Shown here: positions 52,438 through 61,093 of the stretch, piece after piece
Numbering within the stretch: the stretch's first letter is position 1
Layout: each line of letters starts with the position of its first letter
NCBI GenBank assembly: GCA_964475855.1
Contig: CAYZAV010000001.1
Coordinates: 143,014 to 207,013, forward strand
Direction of reading: 5' to 3'
DNA length: 64,000 nt
Source: an uncultured Candidatus Saccharibacteria bacterium
GTDB lineage: Bacteria; Patescibacteriota; Minisyncoccia; Minisyncoccales; Staskawiczbacteraceae
Program-made: the position numbers and the translations under genes
The notes under the pieces: generated by a model
Seen by the model: the letters and a program-made list of their open reading frames with translations, nothing else
What the model was told of the DNA's origin: nothing
The model's database searches: none

Positions 52438-52980
52438 ATGTTCTGGTTCATCGTCTTTGCGCTGATGGTATTGCAACAGGTTGTCAATATGTGGCGGAAA
52501 GGAATCTTTTACCGCGCGGAGGTTGTTTTGCTGGGTATCTCCGCCTTGCTATGCGCATTGATATTGGCTAGTGTCACGGCTTTCTCAGTGGGTGCTCTGG
52601 TTGGTGCCCAAGAAAAGCAATGGGTTTTGGAAGAAACCGAAGAAATCATCAAGTTGGTCAGCTTGCGCGACCAACAAGGAGGGGCCGCCGGACGCTTTAT
52701 GCTTGGCACCGGTACTATCGGCAACGCTGATTATTATTACTTCTACAAAGAAGTTGGTGACGGCTATCAAGCCGACAAGGTGCGCGTGGGCAACAACGCG
52801 ACCATCTTCGAACGAAAGTCAGAGGCCGAAAAACAGCCGGGCAGCGAGTTGAAAATCCGTAGGATTACGTTTAAGTTGAAGTATTCTTCTTGGTTTTACT
52901 TCTCCTTCCCGCCCAATTCCACCGTAGAATACCAGTTCTTCATTCCTCAAGGAAGCTTAAAGAAAAGCTTCAGCCTGTAG
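52438..52980 (+). CDS. Hypothetical membrane protein (180 aa)
   Basis: Strong RBS AAGGAG 7 nt upstream, two N-terminal TM helices; no family recognised. Confidence 0.6.
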   Translation: MFWFIVFALMVLQQVVNMWRKGIFYRAEVVLLGISALLCALILASVTAFSVGALVGAQEKQWVLEETEEIIKLVSLRDQQGGAAGRFMLGTGTIGNADYYYFYKEVGDGYQADKVRVGNNATIFERKSEAEKQPGSELKIRRITFKLKYSSWFYFSFPPNSTVEYQFFIPQGSLKKSFSL

Positions 52981-52998
52981 TAAGGCAAATAGTGTTAA

Positions 52999-53030
52999 GG
53001 GCCTGGCTTTACGCCACGCCCCCTTTTTTT
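52999..53030 (+). terminator. Rho-independent terminator
   Basis: GGGCCTGGC-TTTAC-GCCACGCCC (8/9 paired) followed by CCTTTTTTT. Confidence 0.65.
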
Positions 53031-53098
53031 ACCCAAAATTTGACAGTGGGACTGTTGTTTGTTAAGCTGTAAGTAACTTATCTTGATGACTAAACGAT

Positions 53099-53126
53099 GT
53101 CCGTCTGAAAACGGGCTTTCTTTTTT
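53099..53126 (+). terminator. Weak terminator-like hairpin in the nusA leader (attenuator candidate)
   Basis: 6-bp stem GTCCGT/ACGGGC with one G-U pair, followed by an interrupted T-run TTTCTTTTTT. Confidence 0.4.
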
Positions 53127-53138
53127 ATAAATTTAAAA

Positions 53139-53240
53139 ATAGTTTATAGTTATTAGTTCATAGTTTTAGTTAACTAGTTACTAGTTAGCAAAACTAATGA
53201 CTAAAAAACCAAAACTAATAACTAAAAACTAAAGACTAAT
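53139..53240. repeat. Oligo-repeat hairpin, TAGTT family, abutting the nusA ATG
   Basis: The reverse complement of the right half contains TAGTTTTTAGTTATTAGTTTTGGTTTT, near-identical to 41335-41367. Confidence 0.55.
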
Positions 53241-54446
53241 ATGGACATAAAAAACTTCCAGCGTGCGCTGGCGCAAATTGCTGAAACTCGGGGCATTTCG
53301 CCTGAAGCCATCATTGAAACTATTGAGGCGGCTTTGGCAACGGCTTACAAAAAGGACTATGGGCAGAAGGGGCAGAAAATAAAAGCCAAATTTAACCAGG
53401 TATCGGGTGATGCCCAGTTTTGGCAACTGAAATTGGTGGTGGATGAAAGTATGCTGTATACGGAAGAGGAAATTGAAGAAATGAAGGCCCAGAAATTGGT
53501 ACCGGCTGAAGATTTTGGTGTGGCGCGCGAAGGAGAAGAGCCGATTAAAAAAGTGGTCTTTAATGCTGAAAAGCATATCATGCTGGCCGATGCCAAGAAA
53601 GAAAATAAGGGTATTGCTGTGGGCGAAGAGCTGGAAATCCCCTTGGTATCAAAGCAAGATTACGGCCGGATTGCCGCCCAAACTGCTAAACAGGTTATTT
53701 TACAGAAAATCCGTGAAGCGGAAAAAGATGTCATTGCCTCCGAATATCGAAGCAAGGAAGGGGAAATCATCTCCGGCGTGGTACAGCGCATGGAGGGAAG
53801 CGTGGTACTGGTGGATATTGGCAAGACGCTAGGTATTTTAAACCGCGAAGAACAAATTCCCGGCGAATATTACAAGCAAGCCCAACGCCTAAAATTTTAT
53901 ATTCTAAAAGTGGAAGAAACGCCAAGGGGAAGCGTGGTGGTTTTGAGTCGCGCCTATCCAAAACTGGTTTCGCGGTTGTTTGAATTAGAGGTTCCTGAAA
54001 TTGCTTCGGGGGTGGTGGAAATTAAATCCATTGCGCGTGAAGCAGGGTATCGCACCAAAATAGCTGTGGCTTCAACAGAAGATCGGATTGACCCGATTGG
54101 CAGTTGTGTGGGCCAGCGGGGCAGTCGCATTATGGCGGTGATTAATGAATTGGGCGGAGAAAAAATTGATGTTATCGGCTGGAGCGATGACCCGCAAAAA
54201 TTTATTGCCAATGCATTGAGCCCGGCTAAAGTGTCCAGGGTGCATATTGGTGAAAAAAATTCAGCCGCGGTTGATGTGGGCGAAGACCAGTTGAGTCTCG
54301 CTATTGGCAAGGAGGGCAGGAATGTGAGGCTGGCAAGTAATTTGACAGGCTGGAAGATTGATATCAAGCCGGTTGCGGCACCAAAGGAAACAAAAGCGGC
54401 AGAAGATGCAGAAGTTACAAAGGACGCACCAAAAGAAGAAAAATAG
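53241..54446 (+). CDS. nusA: Transcription termination/antitermination factor NusA
   Basis: N-terminal domain, S1 and two KH domains (GSCVGQRGSRI, AIGKEGRNVRLA). Confidence 0.9.
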   Translation: MDIKNFQRALAQIAETRGISPEAIIETIEAALATAYKKDYGQKGQKIKAKFNQVSGDAQFWQLKLVVDESMLYTEEEIEEMKAQKLVPAEDFGVAREGEEPIKKVVFNAEKHIMLADAKKENKGIAVGEELEIPLVSKQDYGRIAAQTAKQVILQKIREAEKDVIASEYRSKEGEIISGVVQRMEGSVVLVDIGKTLGILNREEQIPGEYYKQAQRLKFYILKVEETPRGSVVVLSRAYPKLVSRLFELEVPEIASGVVEIKSIAREAGYRTKIAVASTEDRIDPIGSCVGQRGSRIMAVINELGGEKIDVIGWSDDPQKFIANALSPAKVSRVHIGEKNSAAVDVGEDQLSLAIGKEGRNVRLASNLTGWKIDIKPVAAPKETKAAEDAEVTKDAPKEEK

Positions 54447-54458
54447 GAAGATAAACCT

Positions 54459-55307
54459 ATGCAAAGGGAGTTAATTGTTAGATTGCACAAAAACTTTGAA
54501 GATTGTGCTCATGAGAAAAATGGGGTTGAGTTTTGGTATGCCCGGGAGTTGCAAGGACTTTTAGGGTATGATAAATGGAGTAACTTTGAAAATGTAATTG
54601 CTAAAGCAAAGATTGCTTGTGAAAATGCTAAACAGGCAGTTGCTGATCATTTTGCCGACGTCGGTAAAACGATCCAAATGCCCAAGGGGGCTAGCAAAGA
54701 AATACCTGATGTCATGTTAACCAGATATGCCTGCTATCTGATCGCTCAGAATGGTGACCCTAGAAAAGATGAAATAGCTTTTGCTATGACGTACTTTGCC
54801 GTGCAGACAAGGAGGCAGGAAGTGGTGGAGCAAAGATTGGCACAATGGGAACGGCTAAAAGCCAGGGGAAAACTTTCCATTTCAGAAAAAACGTTATCGG
54901 GCATTTTATTTGAGAGAGGTGTTGATGGGCAAGGGTTTGCTAGAATTAGAAGCAAGGGCGATGCAGCGCTCTTTGGAGGAAATACAACTCAAGATATGAA
55001 AAGCAAACTTGGTGTGCCAGAGAATAGGGCATTGGCAGATTTTTTGCCAAGTGTAACTATTAAGGCTAAAGACTTTGCTAATGAAATTACGAGTTTTAAT
55101 GTAAAAAAAGATAAAAATGTAAAGGGTGAGGTACCTATTACGGGTGAGCATATAAAAAATAATAACAATGTTCGTGAAGTTCTTGCAAAGAGTGGAATTC
55201 GCCCCGAATTATTGCCGCCAGAAGAAGATATTAAAAAGCTTGAGCGAAAACTGAAGTCTGAAGATAAGAAATTACCAAAGTCAGTCAAGAAGCTAGAAAG
55301 AAAATAA
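54459..55307 (+). CDS. dinD: DNA damage-inducible protein D (DinD-like, BRO-N type)
   Basis: EFWYARELQGLLGY, LTRYACYLIAQNGDP and YFAVQTRRQE parallel E. coli DinD as I recall it. Confidence 0.7.
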   Translation: MQRELIVRLHKNFEDCAHEKNGVEFWYARELQGLLGYDKWSNFENVIAKAKIACENAKQAVADHFADVGKTIQMPKGASKEIPDVMLTRYACYLIAQNGDPRKDEIAFAMTYFAVQTRRQEVVEQRLAQWERLKARGKLSISEKTLSGILFERGVDGQGFARIRSKGDAALFGGNTTQDMKSKLGVPENRALADFLPSVTIKAKDFANEITSFNVKKDKNVKGEVPITGEHIKNNNNVREVLAKSGIRPELLPPEEDIKKLERKLKSEDKKLPKSVKKLERK

Positions 55308-55323
55308 TTAACTTCTTTAAACT

Positions 55324-55938
55324 ATGCCAAAACAAGAGGGCGATCCGTTACCAGAAGAAAAACCGATAAAAAATTCTCCACCAGAATTATTAGAAACAAC
55401 CCCCGCGAATCAAAATCTGGAAGAACGTGAAGAAGAGTTAAAAGAAAGGCTTCTTGGGGAACTTAATCAGAAGATTGAATATGCCATGGCTTCGGACATA
55501 GAAGATCCCGAATTCGGCCATAAGCACGACATTGTAAGGTTGCAACATGATAAAACATTTATTGAAAGTATGCTTCCGAGAGATACTAAGACATTCCTTG
55601 GAACAAAATTTGGGAGTCGGGAATGGCATCAACGACTTCTTGAAGACGCGTTAAGAGAGGAGGAAATTCTTCAACAAGAAGATGCAAAACTAAGTGAAGA
55701 GTATAAGAGTGTTAGCGGAGAAATGATAAAAGCTGCGGGATTGGTTAAGTCACAGGAATTATGGTCAAAAGCTAGGAATATTTTGACTTTTGGTATTTAC
55801 AAAGGAAGGGATTACCAAAAAGAATACGAAGATCTTAAAAAACATAGGGATGAGGTGCAAGAAAAAATTCTGGAAAATGAGAGAAAATTAAGGCTCGCTA
55901 AATCTCAGGAAGATTCAGCTATAAAAGCGTTAAAATAA
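55324..55938 (+). CDS. Hypothetical charged protein (204 aa)
   Basis: No family recognised. Confidence 0.5.
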   Translation: MPKQEGDPLPEEKPIKNSPPELLETTPANQNLEEREEELKERLLGELNQKIEYAMASDIEDPEFGHKHDIVRLQHDKTFIESMLPRDTKTFLGTKFGSREWHQRLLEDALREEEILQQEDAKLSEEYKSVSGEMIKAAGLVKSQELWSKARNILTFGIYKGRDYQKEYEDLKKHRDEVQEKILENERKLRLAKSQEDSAIKALK

Positions 55939-55981
55939 GAAAAATAAATATTAAAAAACAAATTATTAATATATTAAAAGT

Positions 55982-57976
55982 ATGTTAATCACCTATTTCC
56001 CTATTATCGTCTCGTTGTTCGCCATTGCGTTTGTATGGTTTCTGATTGCTAAAATCAGGAAGGCGCCTGCTGCTAAAGACAGGGCGGTGGCCATTACGGC
56101 GGCTATCCAAGAAGGGGCATACTCGTATTTAAAACGCCAATACAAAACGGTGGGAGTGGTGGCTGCGGTAATGTTCGTAGTGTTATTTTTCTTCATGGGC
56201 TGGAAAATTGCCATTGGATTTTTAATCGGGGCCGTGCTTTCCGGAGTTTCCGGGTTCATTGGTATGATCATTTCCACCCAGGCAAATACTCGGGTGGCAA
56301 AAGCGGCTGAACGCGGACTTGACCACGCTTTGGATATTTCATTTAAGGGTGGCTTGGTTACCGGATTGATGGTGGTAAGCTTGGGCTTGCTGGCTGTTTC
56401 CGGATATTACTTTGCTACGGGAATTGAAGGGTTGGTTGCTTTGGGATTTGGAGCCAGCTTGATTTCCATGTTTGCCAGAGTTGGCGGTGGAATTTATACC
56501 AAGGCCGCTGATGTGGGAGCTGACTTGGTGGGAAAGGTGGAAAAAGGCATTCCTGAAGACGACCCAAGAAACCCAGCCGTTATTGCCGACCAAGTGGGTG
56601 ACAACGTGGGAGATTGCGCAGGTATGGCCGCTGACATTTTTGAAACGTACTCTGTTTCTATGGTTGCAACCATGGTGCTTGGGGCATTATTGTTCCCCCG
56701 CGCCCCGCAATTTGTTTTGTTGCCACTATTCTTGGGCAGCATTTCTATTTTAACGTCTATTATCGGTAGTTTTTTTGTGAAGCTTGGAAAATCGCAAAGC
56801 ATTATGGGCAGCATGTACAAAGGCTTGGCCGTTTCTATGGTGCTTTCGGCTATTGGTTTTTATCCGGTTATTAACAACATGATGGCGGGACAAACTATTA
56901 GCGTAAATAATTTGTATGGCTCAACACTGGTTGGGCTCTTGGTGGCTGCCGGAATGTTTGTGATTACGGAATATTACACTTCTAAAAAATTCAGCCCGGT
57001 GCGTAGTATCGCCAAGGCTTCTGAAACTGGTCACGGCACGAATATTATCCGTGGTTTGGGACTTGGCATGCAGTCAACAGCGTTGCCGGTGTTATTGATT
57101 GCGTTTGGAACTATTGTCAGTTTTTGGCTAGCAGGAACCTATGGCGTGGCATTGGCAGTTGTTTCTATGCTTTCGCTTTCAGGAATTGTGGTGGGTATTG
57201 ATGCTTTTGGCCCGATTACCGATAACGCCGGAGGAATTGCCGAAATGTCCGGAATGCCCGAAAACATCAGGAAAATTACCGATGCTTTGGATGCTGTTGG
57301 AAATACTACTAAAGCGGTTACCAAGGGATATGCTATTGCTTCAGCCGGATTGGCGGCACTAGTTTTGTTTGCGGCATATGGCGAAGAAGTGGTGGCAAGG
57401 TCCGGATCTGCCGAAGCCGGGGTATTCGTGCTTTCAAATCCAAATGTCATTGCCGGATTATTGATCGGAGGTTTGCTACCTTATTTATTCGCTTCATTCT
57501 TGATGGGCGCGGTGGGAAAAACGGCCGGCAAAGTGGTTGAAGAAGTGCGCCGCCAGTTCCGCGATATCAAAGGATTGATGGAAGGCACGGCAAAACCCGA
57601 ATATGGAAAGTGTGTGGATATTGTAACCGCCGCCGCCATTAAAGAAATGATGATCCCGGCTTTGATTCCCGTGCTGGCACCTGTTTTGGTGGGCGTGATT
57701 TTAGGCCCGCAAGCGCTAGGAGGCTTATTAATTGGTGCTACAGTTACCGGATTGTTTGTGGGTATTTCCATGACCACCGGAGGAGCCGCCTGGGACAACG
57801 CCAAAAAATACATTGAAGAAGGAAACCATGGTGGAAAGGGCAGTTTTGCGCATCAAGCAGCCGTTACTGGCGACACTGTTGGAGACCCGTACAAAGATAC
57901 TGCTGGACCTGCTATTAACCCTATGATTAAGGTGCTGAATATTGTGGCACTGTTGATTGTGGCGTTTCTGGTTTAA
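55982..57976 (+). CDS. hppA: Membrane-bound ion-translocating pyrophosphatase
   Basis: [50 protein letters not shown]. Confidence 0.95.
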   Translation: MLITYFPIIVSLFAIAFVWFLIAKIRKAPAAKDRAVAITAAIQEGAYSYLKRQYKTVGVVAAVMFVVLFFFMGWKIAIGFLIGAVLSGVSGFIGMIISTQANTRVAKAAERGLDHALDISFKGGLVTGLMVVSLGLLAVSGYYFATGIEGLVALGFGASLISMFARVGGGIYTKAADVGADLVGKVEKGIPEDDPRNPAVIADQVGDNVGDCAGMAADIFETYSVSMVATMVLGALLFPRAPQFVLLPLFLGSISILTSIIGSFFVKLGKSQSIMGSMYKGLAVSMVLSAIGFYPVINNMMAGQTISVNNLYGSTLVGLLVAAGMFVITEYYTSKKFSPVRSIAKASETGHGTNIIRGLGLGMQSTALPVLLIAFGTIVSFWLAGTYGVALAVVSMLSLSGIVVGIDAFGPITDNAGGIAEMSGMPENIRKITDALDAVGNTTKAVTKGYAIASAGLAALVLFAAYGEEVVARSGSAEAGVFVLSNPNVIAGLLIGGLLPYLFASFLMGAVGKTAGKVVEEVRRQFRDIKGLMEGTAKPEYGKCVDIVTAAAIKEMMIPALIPVLAPVLVGVILGPQALGGLLIGATVTGLFVGISMTTGGAAWDNAKKYIEEGNHGGKGSFAHQAAVTGDTVGDPYKDTAGPAINPMIKVLNIVALLIVAFLV

Positions 57977-58016
57977 TTTGAAGTAGTAAATTTTTTTAAG
58001 TAGTATCTAAGTTAAG

Positions 58017-58364
58017 ATGGATATAAAGAAAATTACGCTACCAGTAGCAATTGTGGTTGTGGCAATTATTTTGGCAGCCGGATTTTATATGGCTCAGAAT
58101 AATAAACAACAATCTATTGAAAGACAACAAGCGCTTGAGATGGAAGAAGATAGGGCACAGCAAAAATTGGAAAATGAAATAGCAGAGCTAAAATTAAAAC
58201 AAGACGAGTGTAAGTCATTGTCATCTGGGGTGGCAAAGAGATGGAATAATATTATAGGAGTCACCTACGACAAATTCTGGGGAGAATGTGTCGTAACGTA
58301 TACGGATACTAAAACCGGAGAAGTGAAGACTTCCCCGCTGAGTTTTATGCAAGATGTTAAATAG
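58017..58364 (+). CDS. Hypothetical membrane-anchored protein
   Basis: 115 aa, N-terminal TM segment. Confidence 0.5.
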   Translation: MDIKKITLPVAIVVVAIILAAGFYMAQNNKQQSIERQQALEMEEDRAQQKLENEIAELKLKQDECKSLSSGVAKRWNNIIGVTYDKFWGECVVTYTDTKTGEVKTSPLSFMQDVK

Positions 58365-58389
58365 ATCGCCTATCTCCAAAGAATAAATT

Positions 58390-58785
58390 ATGAACTATAA
58401 AGGCGTAATTATAGAAGAAAGCCTAGATAGTAAAGACGTTTTAAGAGACGTCACTATTATAAGTACAAAAATTGAGCCAATTACCGAAGAACATAAAACT
58501 CCGTGGCTCAAGCAATGGACGCTGTACACAGTTGAAATCCCAGAAGAAAAAGCTGATGAAATTGTTGGAAAATTGGCAAAAGATTTAGAAACAAAACACA
58601 ATGCTTGGTACGCAGATTTTAAGAATGATAAATTTCATTATATTGTGTTCAGTGGTGGCAAGGTATTCAAGGTTGATTTACAAAATCCTATTTTATATAA
58701 AGAAGCCAAGGCACACGGGATTTCATTGGGAATTCCGGAATATCAAGTAGATTTTGCGCCAGAAGATAAAATTTGGGAAAGGTAG
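58390..58785 (+). CDS. Hypothetical protein
   Basis: 131 aa; no family recognised. Confidence 0.5.
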   Translation: MNYKGVIIEESLDSKDVLRDVTIISTKIEPITEEHKTPWLKQWTLYTVEIPEEKADEIVGKLAKDLETKHNAWYADFKNDKFHYIVFSGGKVFKVDLQNPILYKEAKAHGISLGIPEYQVDFAPEDKIWER

Positions 58786-58790
58786 AAAAC

Positions 58791-59129
58791 ATGAAGAAGA
58801 TAGAAAAGGATTTTCTTAAAAAATTTCTATTGCGTCACGAAGGGTTACTATCGCCTGTAGATTTATTTAATAGCGTGGGAGAGCATAAAAGCGAAAAACT
58901 GATTCATAAACTGATAGCAACTGGATTTATAGAAGAAGTCCCACATAGGGTTTATGAAAGAGACTATACTTTTTACCGATTGACAGAAAAGGCTCATAGT
59001 ATATTTTATCCCTTCCATCAAAAAATCTATTTTTTAATCAAAGGTGATATTAGAACAGTAATTGTTTCATCTATTGTCGCAATAGCAACCACATTAATAG
59101 CTTTAGTCCTGAATAATTTATTTACATAA
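58791..59129 (+). CDS. Hypothetical protein with a C-terminal TM segment
   Basis: ATG at 58791 (MKKIEKDF...). The track start at 58773 overlaps the previous gene. Confidence 0.45.
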   Translation: MKKIEKDFLKKFLLRHEGLLSPVDLFNSVGEHKSEKLIHKLIATGFIEEVPHRVYERDYTFYRLTEKAHSIFYPFHQKIYFLIKGDIRTVIVSSIVAIATTLIALVLNNLFT

Positions 59130-59140
59130 TATAAGCAATA

Positions 59141-60403
59141 ATGAAAACCGAACTTAAAAAATTACCAAAATCTGAAGTGGAAATTTCCTTTGAAATGCCA
59201 GCGGAAGATTTTGCCAAATATGTAGACAGGGCGTTGGAGCATTTGAAGGGACACGTGAAAATGGACGGGTTTCGCCAAGGACAGGTGCCAAAAGAAATGG
59301 TGGAAAAGAAAGTTGGGCAGGAAAATTTGCTGATGGAAGCGGGAGATTTGGCAGTGAAAGAGGCGTACACCAAATTTGTGAACGAGAATAATTTAGAACC
59401 CATTGGCGACCCAGATGTGCAGATAAAAAAAATAGCCAAAGGCAGTGAAATGGTGTTTACGGTGAAAGTGGCAGTGCTGCCGGAAGTTGAGTTGCCCGAT
59501 TATAAAAAAATCGCAGCTGAAGCCAAGGGGTTGGAAATTTCAGTTGAGGCGCAAGAAATTGACGAGGCTTTGAACTATTTGCAACGCTCACGGGCAAAAT
59601 TTACTGACAAGACTGGCGCGGCAGAAAAAAAGGACTACATTAAAATTGAATATACTAGCGAGCATATTGCCAGCGGTAAACCGGTAAAAGATATTTTTAT
59701 TCTGGGAGAAGGCGGATTTTTGAAGGATTTTGAAGATAATTTACTGGGTATGAAAACAGGGGAAGAGAAAGAATTTATGGCAAAATTCCCCGAAAATGCA
59801 CCTAAGGAGCTGGTTGGAAAAGAGGGGAAATTCCAGGTGAAAATGCTGGCGGTGCAAACCATGGAATTGCCGGAAATGAATGACGAATTTGCTAAGGGGC
59901 TTGGGGTATTCGAAAATGTTGCGGCACTGAAAGAAAATGTGCGTGAAGGCATTACCCTGGAAAAACAGGACGCCGAAAAACAACGCAAGCGCAGCGAAAT
60001 ACTAAGTATCATTACCAAAGAAATTACCTTTAATTTACCTGAAAAAATGGTGGAGAGCGAACAAATCCGCCTATTTGAAGACTTAAAAAACCAGGTGAGT
60101 TCGCAGTTTAGCATCCCATTTGAACAATATCTTGCCAGTGTTAAAAAAACGGAGGAAGAAATCAAGGCAAGTTACAAATTGGAAGCCGAAAAACGGATTA
60201 AAAACTTTCTGACCCTGCGCCAGATTGGCTTGGTTGAAAAGATTGATGTTTCTAATGAAGAGCTAGAAAAAGAGATGAATAAAGAAGTGGCACGATACAG
60301 TAAAGACCAAGTTTCCAAAATTGACATAAGCCGGTTAAAGGAGTACACTAAAGGAGCGATATTTAACGAGAAAGTATTTGAAAAACTGGAGAGTTTTTCT
60401 TAG
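59141..60403 (+). CDS. tig: Trigger factor
   Basis: N-terminal ribosome-binding region with GFRQGQVP, and position upstream of clpP. Confidence 0.85.
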   Translation: MKTELKKLPKSEVEISFEMPAEDFAKYVDRALEHLKGHVKMDGFRQGQVPKEMVEKKVGQENLLMEAGDLAVKEAYTKFVNENNLEPIGDPDVQIKKIAKGSEMVFTVKVAVLPEVELPDYKKIAAEAKGLEISVEAQEIDEALNYLQRSRAKFTDKTGAAEKKDYIKIEYTSEHIASGKPVKDIFILGEGGFLKDFEDNLLGMKTGEEKEFMAKFPENAPKELVGKEGKFQVKMLAVQTMELPEMNDEFAKGLGVFENVAALKENVREGITLEKQDAEKQRKRSEILSIITKEITFNLPEKMVESEQIRLFEDLKNQVSSQFSIPFEQYLASVKKTEEEIKASYKLEAEKRIKNFLTLRQIGLVEKIDVSNEELEKEMNKEVARYSKDQVSKIDISRLKEYTKGAIFNEKVFEKLESFS

Positions 60404-60418
60404 AATAATTCAAAAATA

Positions 60419-61006
60419 ATGCCAATAGTACCAACTATTGTAGAGAGAACACAGCGCGGTGAGCGCGTATACGACATATTTTCTAGGCTTTTGGAAGAGC
60501 GTATTGTTTTTTTGGCCGGCCCGGTTACGGATATGAACGCAAATGTGGTTATCGCACAAATGCTGTATCTGGTAAGTAAGGACCCTAAAAAAGACATTAA
60601 GCTTTACATTAACAGTCCCGGCGGTTCAGTTACCGCTGGTTTGGCAATTTACGACACCATGCAGTTCATCCAGTGCCCGGTTTCCACCATTTGCGTGGGG
60701 CTTGCGGCTTCCATGGGGGCGGTGCTTTTGGCGGCGGGAACTAAAGGCAAGCGGTTTGCCCTGCCTAATGCCGAAATCATGCTCCACCAGGTGGCCAGCG
60801 GAGTTGAAGGACAGGCAACGGAAATAGAAATAGCTGCAAAGCAGATTATAAAAATCAAAGGCAAGATCAATGAGATCCTGGCCGGCCAAACAGGCCAGCC
60901 CAAAGAGGTAATTGAAAAAGATACCGACCGTGATTTTTATATGACTGCTATTGAAGCCCAAAAGTACGGGCTGATTGATGAGGTGATCGTGGGAACCAAA
61001 AAATAA
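60419..61006 (+). CDS. clpP: ATP-dependent Clp protease proteolytic subunit
   Basis: [27 protein letters not shown], and MLHQ (Ser-His-Asp triad context). Confidence 0.95.
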   Translation: MPIVPTIVERTQRGERVYDIFSRLLEERIVFLAGPVTDMNANVVIAQMLYLVSKDPKKDIKLYINSPGGSVTAGLAIYDTMQFIQCPVSTICVGLAASMGAVLLAAGTKGKRFALPNAEIMLHQVASGVEGQATEIEIAAKQIIKIKGKINEILAGQTGQPKEVIEKDTDRDFYMTAIEAQKYGLIDEVIVGTKK

Positions 61007-61093
61007 CGGTTAACCCTGTAGCCATAGGAATTCGTATACAAGCAACTCACCATGTTGGATGAGTTTTTTTGCTATCATTAACACAAAAAATAT

